Positions 38,196 to 48,472 of a stretch of 64,000 bases of DNA are shown piece by piece. The stretch is from Candidatus Saccharimonadota bacterium (GTDB lineage Bacteria > Patescibacteriota > Saccharimonadia > Saccharimonadales > Saccharimonadaceae), in contig JAFWCN010000001.1 in assembly GCA_017536895.1 (NCBI GenBank), forward strand, positions 13,943 through 77,942, written 5' to 3'. The notes beneath the pieces are model-generated. The model did not search any database and had not been told where the DNA came from. It was given only the letters and a program-made list of their open reading frames with translations. Position numbers and translations under genes: made by a program. Position 1 is the stretch's first letter. Every line of letters begins with the position of its first letter.

Positions 38196-38287
38196 ACTTG
38201 AGTGCTTTGAACTTAAAACTCTTAGCACTTATTCCATTATAGCACAAATATGCTATAATAAATAATAACTAACCAAAGGAGATATTT

Positions 38288-38893
38288 ATGTCAAAAGCAA
38301 AAGAGCTAGCGCAGCCAATTGAAGATATTGGTGGGAGGTTAAAAGGCTCCGCTTGGATGGCAGTTTTTGAATCGCTTGCCATTGCTTTGATTGGTATTTT
38401 CTTAGTCGCTTGGCCTGAAACTGCCATTAAGGTTATTGCCTATATCGCTGGGGCATTCTTTGTCATCAAAGGCGCTTATCAAATAATCCTTTATTTCATG
38501 GTAAAAGGGCAGAATGATTTCTTCAACAATGGACTTCTTACCGGTATTATTTCTCTCCTTGTAGGTGTTGCAGTTCTTGTCATGGGTGATGAACTCGCCA
38601 CAGTTTTCCGCATCGTAATTGGTATCTGGATGATTTATGAATCATTGGTCCGGATGAATGCCGCTATCAAACTTCACGCCGCCAGTATTGAGGCTTGGAA
38701 ATCTATTACTGTCCTTGCCCTTTGTATGCTCGTAATTGGCATCTTTATCACCTTCTACAGCGGCGCTGTAGTCACCTTGATCGGCTGGATGATGATCGCA
38801 ACTGGCGTTATCGGTATAATTAGTGACTTTACATTCATGCAGTATGTTAATGATTTAGCAAAGGTATTAAATAGTAGCATTAAAAATGAATAG
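38288..38893 (+). CDS. HdeD/DUF308-like membrane protein
   Basis: Six TM helices with a repeated G-rich two-helix pattern. Confidence 0.65.
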   Translation: MSKAKELAQPIEDIGGRLKGSAWMAVFESLAIALIGIFLVAWPETAIKVIAYIAGAFFVIKGAYQIILYFMVKGQNDFFNNGLLTGIISLLVGVAVLVMGDELATVFRIVIGIWMIYESLVRMNAAIKLHAASIEAWKSITVLALCMLVIGIFITFYSGAVVTLIGWMMIATGVIGIISDFTFMQYVNDLAKVLNSSIKNE

Positions 38894-39248
38894 TTTCAAG
38901 GAAGATTTTATAAAAATATACCAGACTGAACGGGGAATCGTCTTCCTGATGGTTTTAAATCTTATTATGTCTCTTGGACTACTAGTGTTTTCCATCGTCA
39001 CCCTGAACCCTAATGCTTCGGTCGTCAAAGTTGGCTACGGCGATATCGGTGGTTATCGTGATGGAACATGGGCTAGCCTCATTGCCTTTCCATTACTTGC
39101 CTTGAATTTTGGCATCCTACATAATTTACTCACGCTTCGAATTTACCGAAAACGTGGTGGCGGTATGGCTAAATTCTTCCTAATCACTACCTCACTTCTA
39201 GTCCTCAGCACTATTCTCGTGTTAATTCGTTTACTCGGAGAAGGTTAA
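38886..39248 (+). CDS. Small membrane hypothetical protein
   Basis: Three hydrophobic segments; coupled to its neighbours. Confidence 0.7.
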   Translation: MNSFKEDFIKIYQTERGIVFLMVLNLIMSLGLLVFSIVTLNPNASVVKVGYGDIGGYRDGTWASLIAFPLLALNFGILHNLLTLRIYRKRGGGMAKFFLITTSLLVLSTILVLIRLLGEG

Positions 39249-39249
39249 A

Positions 39250-40875
39250 ATGCGCAAAAATCTCGAGATACCTCAGGGCAAGCGTACTCCGCTGTATCGG
39301 TTTTTAGAAATCTTACCTGGAGCCGTCTCTTATGGAGCCATTATCCTACTTTTTGTTCTATCAATTGTCAATCCAGTACTTGGTGCAATTTACCTGTTCG
39401 CTCTGATTGCCAGCACCTTAGTTAAAGCAATTGGCGTAGCCTATCGCACTATTCAAGGCTACGAAGTTATCAAACGTGCTGGGCGCGTTGATTGGCGAAA
39501 GCGCATGGAAGATCTCGAACACCCTCATGCATCCTATGAACGTTTAAGAGACAAAGACAACAAAAGCTATCATTATAACGAGCATCTTGAAAACCTTAAA
39601 ATGATGGCTGCCATGGAGAATGAGTATCCCAAACCTTCTAAAATCTATCACGCCGTTATCATGACGGCCTACGATGAAGGGGAAGAGGTACTCGGTCCTT
39701 CAATCGAAGCCGTCAAGAATAATACTTTTCCAAATGACCGAATTCTTTTTGTACTTGCCTACGAGGAACGCGGTGGCAAAGCTATCGAAAAGACCGTCCA
39801 ATCTCTCACCAAGAAGTATAAAAACACGTTTAATCATTTTATGACAGTAAAACACCCAGCTAATCTTCCAAACGAAGTGATTGGTAAGGGGCCAAACCTC
39901 ACTTATGCTGGCCAAGAATTGGCCGCTTACGTGCACAAGAAGAATCTCCCAATCGAAAATATTATCGTCACTTCTCTAGACAGCGACAATCATATGGCAC
40001 CAAAATATCTAGATTCAGTCGCTTATGAATTTATTACTCACCCCAATCGCCAACGCCTTAGCTATCAACCAGTATCATTATTCATGAACAACATCTGGGA
40101 TGCTCCAGCTCCCACCAGGGTTATTGCAGTCTCAAACTCTTTCTTCAATGTGATTTCTACCATGCGACCACACTTACTTCGGAATTTTGCTAGTCACTCT
40201 CAGCCCCTGCAGGCGCTTGAAGCCATGGATTTCTGGAGCAAACGTACCATTGTCGAAGATGGTCATCAGTATTGGCGTAGCTTATTCTTCTTTAATGGCG
40301 ATTACAGTGTTTTACCAATTCGTATCCCTATTTATCAGGATGCCGTAGTCGATGAAACTCTTTGGAAGACCATCAAGGCTCAATTCGTCCAGGTTCGTCG
40401 TTGGTACTATGGCGCTTCTGACGTCGCTTACGTTGGTTCGCGTCTATTCGTGCCAAAATCTCAGCGACCAGTGCCATTTTGGCAGCTATTTCCTAAATTC
40501 TGGCGCTTACTGGATGGGCATGTCACACTAGCTATCCTCGCCCCCATTGTCGCTTTTGGCGGCTGGGTCCCAATGATCATGAACCTATCTGCCCACTCTA
40601 TGATTACTTACAACATTCCTAATATCGTCAGCGTAGTGGAGACTTTTGCCTCAGTCGGTCTCATTGTTTCAATTATCGTCTCATTACGCATGTTGCCTGA
40701 GCGCCCTGCTAAATATCGCAAAAGCAAGAGTCTCCTCATGGTTTTACAGTGGATTCTAATGCCTATTACCTCGATTCTATATCAGTCACTAGCTGCTTTT
40801 TATGCTCAAACTCGCTTGATGCTCGGTAAATATATGGAGAAATTCGACGTCACCAAAAAAGTTGTTAAGAAGTAA
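39250..40875 (+). CDS. Membrane glycosyltransferase family 2
   Basis: IMTAYDE, SLDSD (DxD), IVEDG, QVRRWYYG (QxxRW), TM helices. Confidence 0.88.
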   Translation: MRKNLEIPQGKRTPLYRFLEILPGAVSYGAIILLFVLSIVNPVLGAIYLFALIASTLVKAIGVAYRTIQGYEVIKRAGRVDWRKRMEDLEHPHASYERLRDKDNKSYHYNEHLENLKMMAAMENEYPKPSKIYHAVIMTAYDEGEEVLGPSIEAVKNNTFPNDRILFVLAYEERGGKAIEKTVQSLTKKYKNTFNHFMTVKHPANLPNEVIGKGPNLTYAGQELAAYVHKKNLPIENIIVTSLDSDNHMAPKYLDSVAYEFITHPNRQRLSYQPVSLFMNNIWDAPAPTRVIAVSNSFFNVISTMRPHLLRNFASHSQPLQALEAMDFWSKRTIVEDGHQYWRSLFFFNGDYSVLPIRIPIYQDAVVDETLWKTIKAQFVQVRRWYYGASDVAYVGSRLFVPKSQRPVPFWQLFPKFWRLLDGHVTLAILAPIVAFGGWVPMIMNLSAHSMITYNIPNIVSVVETFASVGLIVSIIVSLRMLPERPAKYRKSKSLLMVLQWILMPITSILYQSLAAFYAQTRLMLGKYMEKFDVTKKVVKK

Positions 40876-40889
40876 TCCAAGGTTAGATT

Positions 40890-41462
40890 GTGACGGATAG
40901 GATAACAGATGAGAAGCTTAAAAATAAACGCTTCAAAAAAACCGAAGAAGCCATCATTATGGCTTTTTTCTTGAATAAAGACAAGTTAAATCTAAAAAGA
41001 CTGCTGTATCTTGCCAAAATTTCTCGTTCTACCCTGTATCGTCATCATAGAAATATCAACGAAATAGCCCCTGATTACGAAAAGTACATTCTCAAAAAGT
41101 GTAAAAACTACATGAAGCCCTTTATGAAAAAAGATGAATTCAATCTCAAAACTCTTTATCAACGCATCTTAGTTTTCATGGTAGCAAACCGGTTTATCGT
41201 CAATTATTTACTGAAATATAATAGCCATGACTTTATTGAAAGAATCATCAAAGCCCTAAGACCTATTATTGTTGCCTCTGATAAAGTCGATGATGGGGAA
41301 ATGTTTAAAATCTACACTAAGGAAGTGGCTGCAATCATCGAAGAATGGTGTAGACTTGGCTTCAAAAAAGAGGACATTCTTCCTACTACCAACAAGATCA
41401 TGTTTCTTACCGACCAAGCCTATATTCGCCTTAGCCCTCTAAGGCATTTCAATAAAGATTAA
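40890..41462 (+). CDS. TetR/AcrR-like regulator
   Basis: RFKKTEEAII..LAKISRSTLYRHH HTH; GTG start. Confidence 0.7.
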   Translation: MTDRITDEKLKNKRFKKTEEAIIMAFFLNKDKLNLKRLLYLAKISRSTLYRHHRNINEIAPDYEKYILKKCKNYMKPFMKKDEFNLKTLYQRILVFMVANRFIVNYLLKYNSHDFIERIIKALRPIIVASDKVDDGEMFKIYTKEVAAIIEEWCRLGFKKEDILPTTNKIMFLTDQAYIRLSPLRHFNKD

Positions 41463-41485
41463 AGTATGATATAATACATAGAGAT

Positions 41486-41562
41486 GGGTCGCTAGCTCAG
41501 TTGGCTAGAGCGCCTCGTTTACACCGAGGAGGTCAGGAGTTCGAGCCTCTTGCGACCCACCA
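41486..41562 (+). tRNA. tRNA-Val (TAC)
   Basis: GGGTCGC acceptor, CCTCG-TTTACAC-CGAGG, AGTTCGAGCC, CCA. Confidence 0.95.
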
Positions 41563-41750
41563 TAGAAAATACCCAACCATCTGGTTGGGTATTTTCTATA
41601 AATGTGTTGTAAAGAGGCAAGAACTCCGTAGGAGTTCGTTCGCGGTAGGAGCCGAGTAAAAATCTAAAACTTGTTTTAGATTTTTTGAGGCGACGCCCCG
41701 CGAGAGTGTTTTCGCTTTAGCGAAAACACGATGCCTCTTGCGACCCACCA
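41545..41750. repeat. 18-bp direct repeat of the tRNA-Val 3' end flanking a multi-hairpin element
   Basis: GCCTCTTGCGACCCACCA at 41545-41562 and 41733-41750, with four hairpins between. Confidence 0.88.
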
Positions 41751-41917
41751 AACTATTACCCCGGAGGGGTATTTTTTTGTGCGATAATCACCTCTGTCAT
41801 TTATAACAATATTAGAACTTATGACACAAATGTTGCAAAACTCAAAAAACCAAAAAATAGACCAGATCATCCTGTGGTAAAATGTCACCAAGTGGAGAGG
41901 AAGGAAATGATTGATAG

Positions 41918-42577
41918 ATGCTTAAAGTGGTGGTGTATGACTCAGGCTATGGTGGTGAATTCTTTGCAGATCTGCTCGAAGCAGAGTTGCCGATTGTTGA
42001 GGTTATTAGGGTAATAGATTGGCGAAATGCCGAGAAAATCCAAAATAACCCCAAAGAAGCTAGAAAAATCGCGAGAGCGGACCTCCTTCCGTACATTGGG
42101 CGCGTGGATTTGATTATTCTAGCAAACCACCTCCTTACACTCACTAGTCTGAAGTTTTTCCGCCGCAAGTTTAAGGATCAACGTTTCATCGGGTTAGGCC
42201 TCAAAAAACCCGCCTCTCCGCCCAAGAAAGAGACAATTATTTTAACGACAAAACCAGTCACCAGAACGATTAATTATTATAACTTTGTTCTACATCTAAA
42301 AAAGCGAGTTAAAACCTTTGTTCTAGATAGCTGGCCTCTTAAAATTGACGACGGTGAATTAACTGAGCAAGAGGTCAGGGAAACACTCAGTGATTATCTA
42401 GATAAAGATGCGCGTTACCAAGAAATCTTTCTTGCATGCTCACAGTTTTATGACCTAGTTCCTGTTCTTCGGAAGCTTTTTGGTCGCAATCTCAAAATTC
42501 ATGATGGTTTTACAGACGCCTTAAAAGAAACCTGCAAAACTCTCCGTATCCGGGGAAGTTTAAAGAAAATCAAATAA
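41918..42577 (+). CDS. Glutamate racemase (MurI)-like protein, degenerate
   Basis: VYDSGYGG N-terminus; DLIILANH replaces ACNTA; LACSQF replaces LGCTHY. Confidence 0.65.
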   Translation: MLKVVVYDSGYGGEFFADLLEAELPIVEVIRVIDWRNAEKIQNNPKEARKIARADLLPYIGRVDLIILANHLLTLTSLKFFRRKFKDQRFIGLGLKKPASPPKKETIILTTKPVTRTINYYNFVLHLKKRVKTFVLDSWPLKIDDGELTEQEVRETLSDYLDKDARYQEIFLACSQFYDLVPVLRKLFGRNLKIHDGFTDALKETCKTLRIRGSLKKIK

Positions 42578-42578
42578 T

Positions 42579-43292
42579 CTATTTTCGTTCAACCTTCTTC
42601 ATGTATAGGGTTTTCGGAATCATTTGCATTGCTTCGCCAGTCGCATCAGAATCTAATTTGACAGAGTAATAAATAGCATAAATTTTACCACCTAGCTTCG
42701 TAGCATAAGCCAAAGCATTGGCATTTTCTGCTTGCACCCACTCCGTTCCATTCATTTCATAGTCATCATCAGTAATATCTAAATAGTCGCTAATTTTATT
42801 GATGAATCTCTCCGGCGAAAGGGAACTTCTCTCGGCATAAACCAAAACTTGTGCCCAACCATCGTCATTCTCTAGGTTATAAGTGTAAGCTCCATCCTTG
42901 TTTTTACCTCCCGCCTTAAACGCATATGGAAGGTAAAACTCTAAATCGTCTACCTCAACCAAATTACCTTTTGCGGTGACTCTCGTGTGTGGGTTATCGA
43001 TCAGTGTATCATCATCGTCACCATTATTATCATGATGACGGTGTCGTTCATAATCTTCTTTTGAATTAGTCTCCGTTTGAGATGTTTCACTGTTATTATT
43101 ATTATCACCGAATTTGATTACCCCCGTCAGAGCCAACACTGTAAAAGTTAACACTGCGAAAAATAGAATTGCCGAGAGGATTATAATCGCAATGGTCTGG
43201 CCACTCCCTTTTTCGGCGGTCTTCTCTTCTTTTGTATTCTTTTTCACCTCAGTTGGATTATTTTCGTCCTTTGGTTTGCTTGTTGTTGCCAT
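42579..43292 (-). CDS. Single-pass membrane hypothetical protein
   Basis: SD-led ATG, one long TM helix, acidic extracytoplasmic domain. Confidence 0.7.
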   Translation of the reverse strand: MATTSKPKDENNPTEVKKNTKEEKTAEKGSGQTIAIIILSAILFFAVLTFTVLALTGVIKFGDNNNNSETSQTETNSKEDYERHRHHDNNGDDDDTLIDNPHTRVTAKGNLVEVDDLEFYLPYAFKAGGKNKDGAYTYNLENDDGWAQVLVYAERSSLSPERFINKISDYLDITDDDYEMNGTEWVQAENANALAYATKLGGKIYAIYYSVKLDSDATGEAMQMIPKTLYMKKVERK

Positions 43293-43356
43293 AAAACTCT
43301 CCTTTTTCTAATTATAACACCTTGTGATATAATGGAATAAATAAACGGGAGTTAAA

Positions 43357-45105
43357 ATGAACAACAATTTAGAAAAAATGCGACACACTCTAAGTCACGT
43401 GCTCGCTGCAGCAGTCAGACAGCTTTATCCAAATGCCAAATTCGGTATCGGCCCGGCTATCGATACGGGTTTTTATTACGACATAGATTTCGGTGATACC
43501 AAAGTATCCGATACTGACCTCGCTAAAATAGAGAAAAAAATGCGCGAAATCATCAAGCGAAAACTCCCTATGACTAAACGCGTAGTATCTAAATCTGAAG
43601 CCTTGGATTGGGCTCGCGACAACAAACAAGACTACAAGGTAGAATTAATCGAGGAATTACCAGAGAAAGAGGAAATCTCATTCTATGATATGTCAGATTT
43701 ATTCACTGACCTCTGTAAGGGTCCCCATGTTAAGAACCTTTCCGAAACCGGCCCATTTAAGTTGATTCGAGTGGCTGGCGCCTATTGGCGCGGCGATGAA
43801 AAACGCCCCATGCTCACTCGCATTTATGGTGTCGCCTTTGCTACCGAAGAAGAGCTTGAGGAGTTCTTAAAACGTCAAGAAGAAGCCAAAAAGCGCGACC
43901 ACCGCAAACTCGGCAAAGAGCTAGACTTGTTCTGCTTCTCTGATCTCGTGGGCGCTGGATTGCCACTATTTACTCCTCGTGGCACTGAACTGCGTGAATT
44001 GATGGCGAATTATTCTCTTAGCCTCCGTGGCAGGGAAGGGTTTAAGAAAGTCTGGACTCCTCATATCACCAAAACTGACCTCTATAAAACCTCTGGCCAT
44101 TATGCTAAGTTTGGCGATGAATTGTTCATGGTTCACTCCCAGGTCAACGGTGAAGATTTCGCTATGAAGCCGATGAACTGCCCGCACCATGCTCAGATTT
44201 TTGCCTCAAAACCGCGCACTTACCGCGAGATGCCAGTGCGCTACATGGAGGCCACCACCGATTACCGCGACGAGAAAACTGGCGAGCTCGGCGGTCTTTC
44301 TCGCGTCCGTTCTCTTACTCAAGATGATTCGCACGTCTTCTGTCGTAAAGACCAGATTAAAGACGAAGTCAAGCGCCTTGTTGGCATCGTCAAAGAGCTT
44401 TATGAAACCATGGGTATGCAAAAACTCCGTGCCCGTTTATCATATCGTTCGGATGAGGATAAATATCTCGGCGATAAGAAACTTTGGGATATGGCTCAGA
44501 AACAAATCAAACAGGCTGCCATCGATAATGGCCTAGAATACTTTGAACAAGAGGGCGAAGCAGCCTTCTACGGTCCAAAAATTGATTTTATGGCCGAAGA
44601 TGCCATCGGTCGTGAACACCAGCTGGCTACTATCCAGTTAGATTTTGTCCAACCAGAGCGTTTTGAGCTAGAATTTACCAATGAAAAAGGCGAAAAAGAG
44701 CGTCCGGTCATGATTCACCATGCTACACTTGGCTCAATTGAACGCTTCCTCTCAGTGTTTATTGAGCATACCGGGGGTTGGTTCCCATTCTGGTGTGCAC
44801 CAGAGCAAGTTCGTATTGTCACCGTGAATGACAAGGTGAAAGATTATGTTTCAGAGATTACTGCTACATTAGATAGCATCGTTCTAGATAAGCCTCTCAA
44901 GTATAACGAGCTTCGTTACACCGTAGACGACTCTGCTGATTCTCTTGGCAAAAAAATCAAACGTGCCACAGCCATGAAGATTCCGGCTGTTCTCGTAGTT
45001 GGACCAAAAGATGCTGAAGACAAAATCGTCTCTATCCGCCTCCGCGACAAAGAAGAAAAGGTCAAATTATCAAAGCTCGCCGACTTCCTGAAAAGTCTAT
45101 CATGA
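43357..45105 (+). CDS. thrS: Threonine--tRNA ligase
   Basis: RHTLSHVLA, DLCKGPH, RDHRKLG, KPMNCPHH, FYGPKID, IHHATLGSIERF. Confidence 0.97.
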   Translation: MNNNLEKMRHTLSHVLAAAVRQLYPNAKFGIGPAIDTGFYYDIDFGDTKVSDTDLAKIEKKMREIIKRKLPMTKRVVSKSEALDWARDNKQDYKVELIEELPEKEEISFYDMSDLFTDLCKGPHVKNLSETGPFKLIRVAGAYWRGDEKRPMLTRIYGVAFATEEELEEFLKRQEEAKKRDHRKLGKELDLFCFSDLVGAGLPLFTPRGTELRELMANYSLSLRGREGFKKVWTPHITKTDLYKTSGHYAKFGDELFMVHSQVNGEDFAMKPMNCPHHAQIFASKPRTYREMPVRYMEATTDYRDEKTGELGGLSRVRSLTQDDSHVFCRKDQIKDEVKRLVGIVKELYETMGMQKLRARLSYRSDEDKYLGDKKLWDMAQKQIKQAAIDNGLEYFEQEGEAAFYGPKIDFMAEDAIGREHQLATIQLDFVQPERFELEFTNEKGEKERPVMIHHATLGSIERFLSVFIEHTGGWFPFWCAPEQVRIVTVNDKVKDYVSEITATLDSIVLDKPLKYNELRYTVDDSADSLGKKIKRATAMKIPAVLVVGPKDAEDKIVSIRLRDKEEKVKLSKLADFLKSLS

Positions 45106-45857
45106 CTACATCCACAATAGTCATTTTGGGCCCGACGGGCTCTGGTAAAACCGGTATTTCTATCAAACTCGCAAAAGCTTTAAATGGCGAGATTATCTCC
45201 GCTGACTCTCGGGCGATTTACAAAGGTATGGATATCGGGACCGCGAAACCTACCAAAGAGGAAATGGAAGGGATTCCACACTATGGCCTAGATTTAGTCG
45301 AACCCGGCGAAAGATTTACTGTTGCCGACTGGAAATCCTATGCCGAAGATAAAATCAAGGATATTAAGTCCCGCGGCAAGGTTCCAATTGTTGTTGGTGG
45401 CACTGGACTCTATATCGACGCATTGATTTACGACTATCATTTCAAAGGCCCAACCGGCGAGAAGATTGGTGACTTTGAACAAAAAAGTTGTTCAGACAGA
45501 ACAGAGGTAAAAAGCGACTATTTAATCATTGGCATCAAATGGGATTCGGAAGAGTTGCGCGCTAGGCTCCGCCAACGCATCGACCAAATGTTTTGTGATG
45601 ATTTATACAACGAAACTAAAAACCTTGTTCAGAAATATGGCTGGGGTAGTCAAGCTATGAAGAGTGATATTTACGAGTATGCCTGGCAGTATTTAGATGG
45701 TAAACTTAGTCTAAACGAGGCTAAAGAAAAATGTTTTTATGAAGACTGGCACCTAGCTAAACGCCAATTCACCTGGTTTAAACGAAACCAAAACATCATT
45801 TGGCTCGAACTTGAAAAAATTTATCCATTTGTGCTAAAATATATACAAGATGAGTAA
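45102..45857 (+). CDS. miaA: tRNA dimethylallyltransferase (compact)
   Basis: GPTGSGKT, ISADSRAIYKGMDIGTAKP, VGGTGLY, AKRQFTWF. Confidence 0.92.
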   Translation: MTTSTIVILGPTGSGKTGISIKLAKALNGEIISADSRAIYKGMDIGTAKPTKEEMEGIPHYGLDLVEPGERFTVADWKSYAEDKIKDIKSRGKVPIVVGGTGLYIDALIYDYHFKGPTGEKIGDFEQKSCSDRTEVKSDYLIIGIKWDSEELRARLRQRIDQMFCDDLYNETKNLVQKYGWGSQAMKSDIYEYAWQYLDGKLSLNEAKEKCFYEDWHLAKRQFTWFKRNQNIIWLELEKIYPFVLKYIQDE

Positions 45858-46455
45858 AGCGGATAGCACTCCAACTGAAAAATTGTTTGGTAGCAAAACT
45901 AGAGCCAAACTTCTCAGACTATTCTTCGAAAGCCCTGAGAAAAGTTTTTATGTTCGTGAGATGACTAGAGTGATTGACGAGCAGATTAACTCCGTCCGTA
46001 GGGAACTTTTAAACCTCGAAACCATCGGCGTCATTAAAAACGAAACCTTCGACAACAAAGTTTATTACTCGGCTAACACCAAGCATCCTTATGCCCGCCC
46101 GCTTAGTGAAATCTTTTCGAAAAAAATTAGTACAGTCAAGGACAAAGACATTAAGGAAAGCACTTGGGAAGAATATTGCCGTCCAGTCAAGCATTATCTA
46201 AAAGGCCTCATTGTCACTAACCGCTTGCCAGGCCAAGACGGCATTGATTTATTAATTATCGGCAACGACAAAACCAAGAAGCTCACCCGTTGGGCTGAAG
46301 TCATTGAAAAGAAGCAGGGAAAACCTATCAATTACGTTATTATGTCGCCCGACGATTTTACCTATCGCAAATCCGTCAAAGATCGTTTCGTTGCTGAAGT
46401 CCTAGAGATGGAAATCAGCGAAATCGTTGATCCAGAGAATCTAATAAAAGAATAG
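45850..46455 (+). CDS. Winged-HTH protein with C-terminal degenerate nucleotidyltransferase-like region
   Basis: LFGSKTRAKLL..YVREM..NSVRREL; GIDLLIIG, INYVIMS. Confidence 0.65.
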   Translation: MSKADSTPTEKLFGSKTRAKLLRLFFESPEKSFYVREMTRVIDEQINSVRRELLNLETIGVIKNETFDNKVYYSANTKHPYARPLSEIFSKKISTVKDKDIKESTWEEYCRPVKHYLKGLIVTNRLPGQDGIDLLIIGNDKTKKLTRWAEVIEKKQGKPINYVIMSPDDFTYRKSVKDRFVAEVLEMEISEIVDPENLIKE

Positions 46456-46462
46456 GAGGAAT

Positions 46463-46909
46463 ATGTTTGAAATCGAAAGCAAAAACCCAGACGAAATCAC
46501 CATTATCACCAAAAATGCCACGGTAAAGTTTAACATAGCTGAGGCAGCCATTGATGCAGGTCTCGCTGTCGGCAAAATCACCGGTCCAGGTGAATTTGAA
46601 ATCGGTGAAGCTACCATCCGCGGTATCGCTACTGAAAGCGGTAAAACCATCTACGATGTGGATGTTAACGGTGTTCATATCGGTATTATTGGTGGTATCG
46701 AAGAGAACCTCGACGACTTAGTGGCCGACATTCTCTGTACTTCCTCTGTTCGTGCCATTCGTGAATTAGAGCCAAAGCTAATCATCTCTATGGGTAATGT
46801 CGACGCTATGGTCTCCGATCTCAAATTAACCGCAAAAACCGAGAAAAAGTTGAAAGTCAAAAACCTCGACAGTCTCCCTGCCGCTAAAGAGGTGGTGGTG
46901 CTAAGTTAA
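46463..46909 (+). CDS. Hypothetical protein resembling a degenerate MBL-fold hydrolase
   Basis: ITGPGEFEIG motif; no metal-binding His seen. Confidence 0.5.
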   Translation: MFEIESKNPDEITIITKNATVKFNIAEAAIDAGLAVGKITGPGEFEIGEATIRGIATESGKTIYDVDVNGVHIGIIGGIEENLDDLVADILCTSSVRAIRELEPKLIISMGNVDAMVSDLKLTAKTEKKLKVKNLDSLPAAKEVVVLS

Positions 46910-46910
46910 T

Positions 46911-47555
46911 ATGAATCTCGACTTCGGCTACATCTTAATTGTTCTTATCATAGTAGTAGCTTCGGTGATTTTGCATGAGCTTGCTCATGGTGTTGTTGCC
47001 TATCTTCTAGGAGACAACACCGCCAAAGAGGCCGGTCGCCTTACTCTTAACCCTTTAAAACATATTGATCCCTATATGTCGATTCTCGTGCCAGTAGTGC
47101 TCTACATTCTGAAAGCCCCAGTATTTGGCGGAGCTAAACCAGTACCGATTAATCCCCAAAACCTCAAATGGAAAGAATGGGGAATGGCGCTCGTTGCGAT
47201 TGCCGGACCCTTCACCAATATTCTGATTGCTTTCATCTCCTTTGTAATCGGGCATTTTACAGGCTTCCTGTATGGCTCAGGCGGAACACTAGTAGGATTA
47301 ATTTTTACAGAACTTGTTTTTGTAAATCTTGGTTTTGCAATCTTCAACAGTATCCCAATTCCACCCCTAGATGGTTCGCGTGTGCTTTATGCTACCGCTC
47401 CTGACGGCTTCCGGGCCGTCCTCCAAAACATTGAACGTTACGGTGTTATTATTGTCTATGCTATGATTTTACTATTTGGCGAGGTGTTTTCTCATCTAAT
47501 GGTTAACGGTGTGGAGGGAATTATCAAAGCATTCTATTTTCTTGTCGGGGCTTAA
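46911..47555 (+). CDS. Site-2 protease (M50)
   Basis: LHELAHG, NPLKHIDP, AGPFTN, NSIPIPPLDG. Confidence 0.9.
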   Translation: MNLDFGYILIVLIIVVASVILHELAHGVVAYLLGDNTAKEAGRLTLNPLKHIDPYMSILVPVVLYILKAPVFGGAKPVPINPQNLKWKEWGMALVAIAGPFTNILIAFISFVIGHFTGFLYGSGGTLVGLIFTELVFVNLGFAIFNSIPIPPLDGSRVLYATAPDGFRAVLQNIERYGVIIVYAMILLFGEVFSHLMVNGVEGIIKAFYFLVGA

Positions 47556-47559
47556 AACT

Positions 47560-48264
47560 CTAGTCCCACGCAAATTCAGGATTAGAAGCATCAACGTGTC
47601 CAACTACTGTTTTACAATTAAAAATTCTTTCTAATTCTTTCGCTAGTTCTTGAGCAGCTTTATCTACTTTCTTCTCGTTCACCCCAATAAATCCATCAAT
47701 CGGAAAGAATACATAGCTCGTATCAGGGGTTATTTTGCCAAAGTCACTCTGTCGCCAGGCCCATCTTCTTGTCCTTACTTCGTCTCCAACCGCATATACT
47801 ACCTCTCCAGTATCTGGCGTTTCCACCTCATTTGACCCCATCGGCACAAATGTATCCCCCTCTCTAGCATATCTCATCTCAATATCTTTGGAGCTTCGTG
47901 ATAAATCATGTGTTCCCATCGGTAGAGTATGTTTTAGGGACACTGCATTATTAAGATCAACCAGTGGATTAATGCTCGGTAGTTTTTTACCCTTAGAAAT
48001 TCTCGTAAACAGCGCCTCAACCGAGCATTGGAACTTATTCGGATTCATTCCGAGCTGAGAGAAAGCCTCACGATAGGGAATAATCGCTTGGTCCTCCTTG
48101 ACTTTTTTATCTAGAAATCTACTCTCAGCAACTTTGATAGAGTCGGCAAGTTTTTGCTTTACCTCAGGATAATCCTTAGTATTATCAATATTCTTAGCAA
48201 CTACTACTCCTATATATAAATTAGGCAGTTTCTCAAATACCTTATCTTCTACCTTGAACTTCAT
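47560..48264 (-). CDS. B3/4 domain protein (PheRS-beta-like tRNA editing family)
   Basis: CSVEALFTR, PSINPLVDLNN, RRWAWRQS. Confidence 0.85.
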   Translation of the reverse strand: MKFKVEDKVFEKLPNLYIGVVVAKNIDNTKDYPEVKQKLADSIKVAESRFLDKKVKEDQAIIPYREAFSQLGMNPNKFQCSVEALFTRISKGKKLPSINPLVDLNNAVSLKHTLPMGTHDLSRSSKDIEMRYAREGDTFVPMGSNEVETPDTGEVVYAVGDEVRTRRWAWRQSDFGKITPDTSYVFFPIDGFIGVNEKKVDKAAQELAKELERIFNCKTVVGHVDASNPEFAWD

Positions 48265-48472
48265 TTTACTCCTCTGTTAATTTAAATATTATATCATAAC
48301 AACGGAAGATGTGATATAATTAAATTAGCCCTGTTGGCGCAAGATTTTCCTGAATAATCTTGTTATAGGGATTTCGTGGCTTACACCCGTGGGTGTATCG
48401 CATAAGATTTTACCCACCTTGTATGTATTACGGGGAAAACAGGTCGGCAGGGTACCTAATATAAGAGGTGGG

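Noticed and set aside
41676-41891. 71-aa minus-strand ORF
   Set aside because: Overlaps the tRNA-linked hairpin element; no coding features
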